From Rebecca billardiae RCC1528 (Eukaryota > Protista > Haptophyta), in NCBI GenBank assembly GCA_965240325.2, contig OZ251222.1, forward strand, positions 2,418,001 to 2,482,000: a stretch of DNA of 64,000 nucleotides. Direction: 5' to 3'. Made by a program: the position numbers and the translations under genes. The notes below the pieces were generated by a model. It was given only the letters and a program-made list of their open reading frames with translations. It was not told where the DNA came from and did not search any database. Shown here piece by piece: positions 1 through 9,700 of this stretch. Within the stretch, counting starts at the first letter, position 1. Every line of letters begins with the position of its first letter.

Positions 1-19
1 CACCGCATTGGGCGCGTCT

Positions 20-900
20 GCCGCCCAGGCCCCTCGCGCGCACACAACCGAGCTGATCGCTGCATCCACCTCCGCCGCAGCCAGTGGCGCCTTCCCTGCT
101 GCTGCAGCCACAATCGGCGCGGAGTCCAGCGCAGCTGCTGCTGCCTAGGCCGGTCACGCCCCTCGGGCGCGCACCACCGAGCTGCCAGCTGCATCGACCG
201 CCACCACCCGCCGAGGCATCATCCCTCCCACTGGCGCGGAGTCGAGCGCAGCTGCCAGCTGTGACAGCTAGCTGCCCCGGCGGGGCGCGGAGCCGCGGAC
301 ACCGCAGCGCCGGATGGCAGCGGCTCCAGCGCGCTGGGCGAGGCGAGCAACGTCATCGCGCTCGGTGCGTCCACCGCCCAGGCCCCTCGGGCAGGCACCA
401 CCGAGCTGCCAGCCAAAGTGATAGCCGCCGCCCGCGTGGTACCATCCCTGCTGCTGCCGCCGCACTCGGCGAGGAGTTGAGTGCAGCTGCGGCAGCCCAA
501 GCTGGGCGCGGGCAGCGCAGCGCGCGATGGCAGCGGCTCCAGCGCGCTGGGCGAGGCGAGCAGCGTCACCGCGCTCGCTGTGCCCAGCGCCCAGGCCCAT
601 CGGGCGCGCACCACCGAGCTGCCAGCCGCAGCGCCTGCCGCAGCCCGCGGTGGCACCATCCCCGCTGCTGCCGCCGCACTCGGCGCGGAGTCGAGCGCAG
701 CTGCTGCAGCCCAAGCTGGGCGCGGGCACAGCAGCATCGGATGACAGCGGCTCCAGCGCGCTAGGCGATGCGAGAGGCGTCATCGCGCTCGGTGCGCCCG
801 GCGCCCAGGCCCCTCGGGCAGGCACCACCGAGCTGCCAGCTGCAGCGCCCGCCGTCGCCCGCCGTGGTACCATCCCTGCAGCTGTGCGGCCGCATCAGCA
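20..900 (+). repeat. Degenerate ~214 bp tandem repeat (about 4 units)
   Basis: CACCACCGAGCTGCC recurs at 172, 396, 609, 823; CCCAAGCTGGGCGCGGGCA at 496 and 710. Period 213-224 bp; reading frame shifts between units. Confidence 0.85.
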
Positions 901-1518
901 GCGTGGAGTTGAGTGCCGCCGCTGTTGGCGCGGGTGCTTGAATCAGCACCGGATGGTTGGTCCTGCACGTCTGAGCACAGGCATGCACCAACTGCTCTCC
1001 TGGATGCGTTGAGATACCAGGGCTCACTATCCGTGATCCGTGCTCAGCCTCTCAGCCTCGCTGAGCAGAGGACACTGGACAGCATCACCTCGCCCGCTCG
1101 CAGATGCGGCTGTGCCGTCTCCTTGCTGTCCGACAGCAAGTAGAGGACAGCGCATACCAGCACCAGCGGGCACAGCCGATGCGTGTTCGGTGCCTGTGAG
1201 AGTTCGCCGCAGCTCGGCCGTCACTGCATGGTGAGCGATGATGAGATGAGTGGCAGCACTGTTCACGACTGCAGTGAGCAAGGGTGATGTGCACCGGTGT
1301 GGAGGCATGTACAAACGTACAGGCAGCCCCTGCTGCTTGCCCCTTCCTTCTCGACCTTGATCGCTTCCTCGACGCGCTGCTCCCACGCATGAGCTCTGCG
1401 ACGCCGTCGGCCCTGCCCACCGACGGCTCACAGGCGGTGACGCCCCGCCTGGGCTGTGAACAGCTGCCCCATGCTGAGCCCAGGCTGCCCAGCCCCAATT
1501 GCAGCAAACCACAAGCAG

Positions 1519-3140
1519 AGGCTCCGCCAGCGGAGCTCAGTTCAAGTTGAATAGGCCCGTGAGCTCCGCCAGCGGAGGTTGAGTGTCAATATGGATAGTA
1601 TTACGGTTAACGACTTCGCATTACTCCAATATGACATTCGGCGCCACCAAAGCTCCGCCAGCGGAGCTCAGCTCAAGTCAAGTCGTGGGCCATCGATAAG
1701 GACATTCGGCGCAGCCGAGGCTCCGCCAGCGGAGCTCAGTTCAAGTTGAATAGGCCCGCGAGCTCCGCCAGCGGAGGTTGAGTGTCAATATGGATATGAT
1801 TACGGTAGTTAACGGCTTTGCATTACTCCAATATGACATGCGGCGCCACCAAAGCTCCGCCAGCGGAGCTCAGCTCAAGTCAAGTGGGCCATCGATAAGG
1901 ACATTCGGCGCAGCCGAGGCTCCGCCAGCGGAGCTCAGTTCAAGTTGAATAGGCCCGCGAGCTCCGCCAGCGGAGGTTGAGTGTCAATATGGATATGATT
2001 ACGGTAGTTAATGGCTTTGCATTACTCCAATATGACATGCGGCGCCACCAAAGCTCCGCCAGCGGAGCTCAGCTCAAGTCAAGACGTGGGCCATCGATAA
2101 GGACATTCGGCGGAGCCGAGGCTCCGCCAGCGGAGCTCAGTTCAAGTCGAATAGGCCAGTGAGCTCCGCCAGCGGAGGTTGAGTATCAATATGGATACGT
2201 ATGATTACGGTTGACGGCTTCGCATTACTCCAATATGATATGCGGCGCCACCAAAGCTCCGCCAGTGGAGCTCAGCTCAAGTCGAATAGGTCCGTGAGCT
2301 CCGCCAGCGGAGGTTGAGTGTCAATATGGATATGATTATGGTTAACGGCTTCACATTATTCCCATAAATGGCATGCGGCGCCACCAAAGCTCCGCCAGCG
2401 GAGCTCAGCTCAAGTCAAGACGTCGGCCATCGATAAGGACATTCGACACAGCCGAGGCTCCGCCAGCGGAGCTCAGTTAAAGTTGAATACTAGTAGGTCC
2501 GCGAGCTCCGCCAGCGGAGGTTGAGTCTCAATATAGATATGACTACGGTTGACGCTTCCGCGTTACTCCAATATGACATGCGGCGCCACCAAAGCTCCGC
2601 CAGGGGAGCTCAGCTCAAGTCGAGAGTGGGTCATCGATTAAGGACATTCGGCGCAGCCGAGGCTCCACCAGTGGAGCTCAGTTCAAGTCGAATAGGCCAG
2701 TGAGCTCCGCCAGCGGAGGTTGAATGTGTGGCACAGCAGAGTATGAATGCGTTGAAAGGCTTAGCATTATTTCTCCGATATGACACACGGCGCTGACCAC
2801 CGACGCTCCGCCAGCGGAGCTCAGTTCAAGTCAGGTGGGTCATCAAGAATGGCATTCGGCGCCCCCGAAGCTCCGCCAGCGGAGCTCAGTTCAAGTGCCG
2901 AGTGTATTAGTTTACAAAAGGCATGGCTCATTAGCGAGCTCCGCCAGCGGAGGTGACTGCTGTTCGGTGGTTGACAGACTTCTGATACCATAACTAGTAC
3001 GTTTGTTGTGTCATTCCTGCAAGCCCAGGCTCCGCCAGCGGAGCATTCCATGCTCCGCCAGCGGGGATTTTTCGTGGCCACAAAAATCTCCGCCGGCGGA
3101 GGGTCTGGGCCCCTTGCCCGGATGCTCCGCTGGCGGAGAC
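1519..3140. repeat. Array of ~26 palindromic cores CTCCGC-CA-GCGGAG, in ~200 bp three-core units
   Basis: Cores at about 1522, 1564, 1653, 1721, 1763, 1855, 1920 ... 3030, 3053, 3088, plus an inverted one at 3125. Spacers repeat with ~199 bp period on the left and diverge on the right. Confidence 0.95.
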
Positions 3141-3160
3141 TTTTTGTAGTGACTCTTCTG

Positions 3161-3360
3161 NNNNNNNNNNNNNNNNNNNNNNNNNNNNNNNNNNNNNNNN
3201 NNNNNNNNNNNNNNNNNNNNNNNNNNNNNNNNNNNNNNNNNNNNNNNNNNNNNNNNNNNNNNNNNNNNNNNNNNNNNNNNNNNNNNNNNNNNNNNNNNNN
3301 NNNNNNNNNNNNNNNNNNNNNNNNNNNNNNNNNNNNNNNNNNNNNNNNNNNNNNNNNNNN
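3161..3360. other. Assembly gap (200 N)
   Basis: Run of N. Confidence 1.
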
Positions 3361-3845
3361 AGGCCCCCGCCGCGGTGTCGTCACCGCAAGTGCCACACGC
3401 GGGCACGTCAATGCTCGCGCGGTTCGTACCGCGCGCGCAGCCGCCCTGCAGGCGGAGGACATTCGAGGTTGCGTAACGGATGTCCTTCTGGTAGTCACCG
3501 AACTCGTACACCACGCCGTGCGTGGGCATCTGGTTCATCAGCGCGCTTTCACTCGGCTGCTCGATGCAGAGCGTGCTGCACGCGAGCATCATTGCCCGCG
3601 CGTTCGTCGCGACACCCGCGGCGCTGCGACCGGCTGGATGGGCCATGCCCGGCGGTCCGTGGTTTCACACGTTTGAGCTCATGATGTTTATTCCGCCTTA
3701 CCAGTTCCCCGGTCACGCAGGGGCTTATCACAGTGTCCCTGCGGACGTCGTCAGCAGCGTCGTCCGTGCGGACGAGCGGGCGGTGCGGGAGTCGTCCCAC
3801 ACAGGTGCAGAAGGAAACGGCACCAGGTCCAGTGATAGGTCGTTA

Positions 3846-4024
3846 GACCAATTCTATGATTTAAAGACACAGGCACGAGGGCGCAGCTCTCCTGATTCGT
3901 CTGTCGAAGTACTGAATGGAGTTAATGGAGGATGTCGCTGGAGCGCGTTGGCCGCGGGTGAGGGAGTCGTCGTAACCGATGCTGATCACACGGTCACTGA
4001 GGTAGTAGGCGCCCGGGGATGCCG
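3846..4024 (-). repeat. Dispersed repeat family Y, copy 1
   Basis: Near-identical to 32676-32851 (3 bp indel, 1 substitution seen). Minus strand ends TTAAATCATAGAATTGGTC. Confidence 0.95.
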
Positions 4025-4053
4025 ACCAATAGCGCCGGGGGAAAACGGACATA

Positions 4054-4847
4054 TAGTCCCTCACAAGTTTAAGCCTCCCGACATTGTTCGCCATATCAGC
4101 GCAGCAAAGCAGCGGCGCGCCACCATACCAGGGGCGTACTTGGCCCACTCCACTGCCGTGCACATGAGGTGCGCCCGGACCCGATTGCTCGAGTCCTCGC
4201 AAATAGGCGTGGCTGTGCATCCTGGGTTGACGTTTGGTACCCGGCGGCCGGCGAGCTCGACTGGCGGCGAGCAGACCTGCCTGCGTGCCGCCGGCTGTCG
4301 GCAGCCTCCGTGCGCTGAGCCGCGCGCCGCGCGGTGCGTGTGCGACGTAGCTCCGCCCACGCCACGCATGCACCCTCGCGCCGCGCCGCCAGCTTGGCGC
4401 TGCCGTCAGCCAGAGCCGATCGAGTGCATGCCCGAGCCTGCTCCGAGAGCATCAATATGGGCTGCGTGTGGCTGCGCGTGCACTTTCGTCGCCTAATTTT
4501 GCCAGCGTCGAGTTGGCGCGTGGCACGCCCACCGTAGCAGCACGACTCCCGAATGCACAAAAGCCGGGGGTCAGCTGAATTAATGCAGCTCACACGACCG
4601 CGCTCCACGCCGAAAACCAGCCCGTAGCTGCCCGCCGGCTGGCTCGTGCATGCGCACCGACTGCCGGGCGCATCGACACCGTGGCGCACAGAGCGCGGGT
4701 ACCGCGGCCGGGTGGGTATGTACTGACGCGGCTGGGCCTGGTGCATGCGCGGGCGGATGGGCTCTGCCCGGGTCGGCGCGTAGCGGGCGTGCGGGCTGAG
4801 ACAAAGTCGTGCCTGCTGCAGCCGGCAACTAAATTTGTGGGTCCCTA
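4054..4847 (+). repeat. 794 bp long direct repeat, left copy
   Basis: Matches 13013-13806 with one substitution seen (A4701/G13660). Its own ends TAGTCCCTCACAAGTTTA / TAAATTTGTGGGTCCCTA are imperfect inverted repeats (13/18). Confidence 0.97.
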
Positions 4848-5325
4848 AGTGAGCAGGTAGTAGAAAAGTCGGAACGAGGGCGAGGGCGACGGCGAGCGAG
4901 GCCGGCGTCGGTCCACATGGGTCGGGGATATTCCCGCCGTGCAGCGATCCCAGCGCGTCGTCCGCCTCCGGCGAGTTGGTGGGGCACAGGAGCCCACATC
5001 TTGCGCAGAGCAGCTGAGGTTAATCGGACGCTCCCGCGCGGCGGCGGGGCCGGCAGTTGGGGCCTCCACTGGGTTGGACTTGCGCCACGCCGCTTGTCAT
5101 AGCTCGACGAGCTCAACCCGTGGCGCCGAGCTCGTGCCCAGCGCACATCCGCGAGGGCGTGCGGCCCCAGCGCACGCGGCGGCTGCGTCGATGGGGCGCT
5201 CGCCATGGACGGAACGAGTTCGAATAGAGGCCACACCGCTTCGTCAGCTGTAAGATCAACTTTGGGCGGCTCGGGACGTAACGTGCACTCATCTTCGGTC
5301 GTGGCCAAGCAGCCGGCGGCGGCTG

Positions 5326-6627
5326 ATGGGCCGCGCGCCGACCGCGCCCAAAGATCGGCGCGGGCGCAAAGGCGCCCACCGCGTCGGCTACGCTCCGAAC
5401 AGGCGGGTATCGCGGGAGTGTATTGCTCTGGATTACAACCCGAAGGCCCTGGGCCCTGCGGAGAGGTTTCACCATGCGATCGGCGCGTGCGTGCTGTGCC
5501 TCAATGAAGGCTCTCCGTTGGCCTCAGCTTTCCAGAGGGCGGCGCGGTCGGCCGAGGTCACCGAGAAGACGATGAAGAAGTGGTTCATGGACTGGCACAC
5601 GGAGGGCTGGCACATCGATGCTGACGGGAAGCCGAAGCGCGGTCCACGCCCACGCCTCAGTGCCAAGGCGCAGGCGGCGCTTACGTCCGAGCTCAGCGCC
5701 GGGCCGGCTGGTCAGAGTGTGCGGAAGGCTGCGTGCCGCGCCGTCGGTGCTGGATCGCTCGATGCGTCCGCGCTCGACGTCTCCGACGAGACGCTACGCC
5801 GCGCGGCGCGGAAGAAGATGGATTGGGAGCCGCTCAAGGTGAGGAAGCAGATCACGGCTCAGCAGGCGAAGAAGCGGGTGGCGTTCGCACGGTGGCTGCA
5901 GAGAGTCAAGGCGATGGTTGACAGGCTGTTCTTCACCGACTCGAAGTACTTCAAGTTCGACGTCACGAACCGGAGCACGGTGATGTCGTGGACGCTGCGT
6001 GACGAGCCCAAGCGCAAGCTGAACCAGGTCCAGGCAGGTGACTGCGTGATCCATGGCTACGCCGGCGCCTGCTCTCGCGGCATCACGCCGCTCTATTTTG
6101 CCACGGGCACTCACGGCCGCACGCATGAGAATGGTCGCGGCAAGCAGTGCCGTGGCGTGTGCTGGAAGGAGTACCTGAACGACGTGCTGCCTTTCCTGGA
6201 CAAGGAGGCCCAGGCGCTCTTCGGCAACTTCATCAGACAGATGATCTTCCAGCAGGACAGTGCCTCACCCCACACGGCGCTGGCTGTGCGCCAATGGCTC
6301 GACGAGCGGTTTGGCCCCGAGGGACACCTTGGCCCCAAGTCGACCGAGGGTCAGCCGGGCCGTAGCTGGCCGCCGAACAGCGCCGACTTGTCGCTCATTG
6401 AGCATGTCTGGGCGCGCGTGGAGCAGCTTCTCAACGCATGGAAGCACAAGTGGTGCACCGACAACCCGAGCAAGCAGCGGCCAACCTTCAAGGAGTTCGA
6501 GGAGGTGGTGAAGGCTAAGTTCGAGGAGGTACGGAACGACAAGAAGTTCATCCAGGCGCTGTTCAAATCCTATCGGCGTCGGCTGCAGGACTGCGTCGAG
6601 ACCAAGGGTGAGCAGCGCGTGCGCTGA
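5326..6627 (+). CDS. Tc1/IS630-superfamily DDE transposase, DD47E spacing, 433 aa, intronless
   Basis: Motifs FFTDSKYF (D1), FQQDSASPH (D2), WPPNSADLSLIEHVW (E); N-terminal HTH-like region with GPRPRL linker; C-terminal RRLQDCVETKGE typical of Tc1. Confidence 0.95.
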   Translation: MGRAPTAPKDRRGRKGAHRVGYAPNRRVSRECIALDYNPKALGPAERFHHAIGACVLCLNEGSPLASAFQRAARSAEVTEKTMKKWFMDWHTEGWHIDADGKPKRGPRPRLSAKAQAALTSELSAGPAGQSVRKAACRAVGAGSLDASALDVSDETLRRAARKKMDWEPLKVRKQITAQQAKKRVAFARWLQRVKAMVDRLFFTDSKYFKFDVTNRSTVMSWTLRDEPKRKLNQVQAGDCVIHGYAGACSRGITPLYFATGTHGRTHENGRGKQCRGVCWKEYLNDVLPFLDKEAQALFGNFIRQMIFQQDSASPHTALAVRQWLDERFGPEGHLGPKSTEGQPGRSWPPNSADLSLIEHVWARVEQLLNAWKHKWCTDNPSKQRPTFKEFEEVVKAKFEEVRNDKKFIQALFKSYRRRLQDCVETKGEQRVR

Positions 6628-6743
6628 AGAGCAGTGTCGGACAATGATGGTATAGTTTATTAGCTGCTCAGTATAGTAGATCTCGAGTCATATCATATCA
6701 GCCTATAGGCTATAGCTTACTCTACGTCTAACGTCACGTCTCA

Positions 6744-9700
6744 CGACAGCTGCGACCAGCGGCGGCTAGCTCAGCAGAGCGGCGCGACTGAGCGATGATG
6801 TGCGCGCCGGGCGGGCACGCCGACGCGTGAGCAGTGCGCCCCGGGGCCGCTCGACGCGCGCGCGCGCGCCCGGCCGCACGGCGCCTCCTCCACGCGGCCC
6901 CATGTCCCGGCTCAGAGCGAGCAGCTGACAGCAACTGGTCTTCACGATCTGCGGCGGCGGCGAGCAGCTACGACTGCTACGGGGGCCTCAGAGCGCGGCG
7001 AGGACGAGCTAGCTGGGCGAGATCGGGGTGCGGGGCACTCGGCGCGGCCCAGGCACACCGAGCCCACGTGCCAGCGGGGCGGCGCCGCGCCGCGCGAGCG
7101 CGCGCTCGCGCGCCGACTTTTGTCGGGTCAGATCAGCCTACGGCAGCTCACGGCCTCAGCCGACGGCTGCGACCAGCGGCGGCTAGCTCAGCAGAGCGGC
7201 GCGACTGAGCGATGATGCGCGCGCCGGGCGGGCACGCCGACGCGTGAGCAGTGCGCCCCGGGGCCGCTCGACGCGCACGCGCGCGCCCGGCCGCACGGCG
7301 CCTCCTCCTCGCGGCCCCATGTCCCGGCTCAGAGCGAGCAGCTGACAGCAGCTGGTCTTCACGATCTGCGGCGGCGGCGAGCAGCTACGACTGCTACGGG
7401 GGCCTCAGAGCGCGGCGAGGACGAGCTAGCTGGGCGAGATCCGGGTGCGGGGTGCTCTGCGTGGCCCAGGCACACCGAGCCCACGTGCCAGCGGGGCGGC
7501 GCGGCGCCGCGCGCGCGCGCGCGCTCGCGCCGACTTTTGTCGGGTCAGATCAGCTGACGGCAGCTCACGGCCTCAGCCGACGGCTGCGACCAGCGGCGGC
7601 TAGCTCAGCAGAGCGGCGCGACTGAGCGATGATGCGCGCGCCGGGCGGGCACGCCGACGCGTGAGCAGTGCGCCCCGGGGCCGCTCGACGCGCACGCGCG
7701 CGCCCGGCCGCACGGCGCCTCCTCCTCGCGGCCCCATGTCCCGGCTCAGAGCGAGCAGCTGACAGCAACTGGTCTTCACGATCTGCGGCGGCGGCGAGCA
7801 GCTACGACTGCTACGGGGACCTCAGAGCGCGGCGAGGACGCGCGGGCTGGGCGCGATCGGGGTGCGGGACGCTCGGCGCGGCCCAGGCGCACCGAGCCCA
7901 CGTGCCAGCGAGGTGGCGCGGCGCGCCGCGCGCGCGCGCTCGCGCGCCGACTTTTGTCGGGTCAGATCAGCTTACGGCAGCTCACGGCCTCAGCCGACGG
8001 CTGCGACCAGCGGCGGCTAGCTCAGCAGAGCGGCGCGACTGAGCGATGATGCGCGCGCCGGGCGGGCGCGCCGACACGTGAGCAGTGCGCCCGGGTGCCG
8101 CTCGACGCGCACGCGCGCGCCCGGCCGCACGGCGTCTCCTCCACGCGGCCCCATGTCCCGGCTCAGAGCGAGCAGCTGACAGCAGCTGGTCTTCACGATC
8201 TGCGGCGGCGGCGAGCAGCTACGACTGCTACGGGGGCCTCAGAGCGCGGCGAGGACGAGCTAGCTGGGCGAGATCCGGGTGCGGGGTGCTCGGCGCGGCC
8301 CAGGCGCACCGAGCCCACGTGCCAGCGAGGTGGCGCGGCGCGCCGCGCGCGCGCGCTCGCGCGCCGACTTTTGTCGGGTCAGATCAGCTTACGGCAGCTC
8401 ACGGCCTCAGCCGACGGCTGCGACCAGCGGCGGCTAGCTCAGCAGAGCGGCGCGACTGAGCGATGATGCGCGCGCCGGGCGGGCACGCCGACGCGTGAGC
8501 AGTGCGCCCCGGGGCCGCTCGACGCGCACGCGCGCGCCCGGCCGCACGGCGCCTCCTCCTCGCGGCCCCATGTCCCGGCTCAGAGCGAGCAGCTGACAGC
8601 AGCTGGTCTTCACGATCTGCGGCGGCGGCGAGCAGCTACGACTGCTACGGGGGCCTCAGAGCGCGGCGAGGACGAGCTAGCTGGGCGAGATCCGGGTGCG
8701 GGGTGCTCTGCGTGGCCCAGGCACACCGAGCCCACGTGCCAGCGGGGCGGCGCGGCGCCGCGCGCGCGCGCGCGCTCGCGCCGACTTTTGTCGGGTCAGA
8801 TCAGCTGACGGCAGCTCACGGCCTCAGCCGACGGCTGCGACCAGCGGCGGCTAGCTCAGCAGAGCGGCGCGACTGAGCGATGATGCGCGCGCCGGGCGGG
8901 CACGCCGACGCGTGAGCAGTGCGCCCCGGGGCCGCTCGACGCGCACGCGCGCGCCCGGCCGCACGGCGCCTCCTCCTCGCGGCCCCATGTCCCGGCTCAG
9001 AGCGAGCAGCTGACAGCAGCTGGTCTTCACGATCTGCGGCGGCGGCGAGCAGCTACGACTGCTACGGGGGCCTCAGAGCGCGGCGAGGACGAGCTAGCTG
9101 GGCGAGATCCGGGTGCGGGGTGCTCTGCGTGGCCCAGGCACACCGAGCCCACGTGCCAGCGGGGCGGCGCGGCGCCGCGCGCGCGCGCGCGCTCGCGCCG
9201 ACTTTTGTCGGGTCAGATCAGCTGACGGCAGCTCACGGCCTCAGCCGACGGCTGCGACCAGCGGCGGCTAGCTCAGCAGAGCGGCGCGACTGAGCGATGA
9301 TGCGCGCGCCGGGCGGGCACGCCGACGCGTGAGCAGTGCGCCCCGGGGCCGCTCGACGCGCACGCGCGCGCCCGGCCGCACGGCGCCTCCTCCTCGCGGC
9401 CCCATGTCCCGGCTCAGAGCGAGCAGCTGACAGCAACTGGTCTTCACGATCTGCGGCGGCGGCGAGCAGCTACGACTGCTACGGGGACCTCAGAGCGCGG
9501 CGAGGACGCGCGGGCTGGGCGCGATCGGGGTGCGGGACGCTCGGCGCGGCCCAGGCGCACCGAGCCCACGTGCCAGCGAGGTGGCGCGGCGCGCCGCGCG
9601 CGCGCGCTCGCGCGCCGACTTTTGTCGGGTCAGATCAGCTTACGGCAGCTCACGGCCTCAGCCGACGGCTGCGACCAGCGGCGGCTAGCTCAGCAGAGCG

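Larger units (their letters stand above)
1..3151. mobile_element. Right arm of a CACTA (En/Spm) DNA transposon; left end outside window
   Basis: 3141-3151 TTTTTGTAGTG is the reverse complement of CACTACAAAAA, a CACTA-type terminus. It is preceded by a dense array of direct and inverted subterminal repeats, as is typical of CACTA ends. No transposase in the window; the left boundary is assumed. Confidence 0.7.

Noticed and set aside
1519-3140. CRISPR array
   Set aside because: Spacers are themselves repeated and of three lengths, there are no cas genes, the context is eukaryotic, and the array ends at a CACTA terminus.
2821-3676. ORFs spanning the N gap
   Set aside because: Artefacts of translating through Ns; no recognisable domain in 3361-3840.
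3693-3705. 13 bp inverted match to 33729-33741 (ACTGGTAAGGCGG), each near a family Y copy
   Set aside because: Orientation and side relative to Y differ; too short to support a shared structure.
4829-6740. Fanzor/TnpB cargo beside the transposase
   Set aside because: No RuvC or zinc-finger motifs in any frame; ORF 4829-5308 has a TTG start and no domain.
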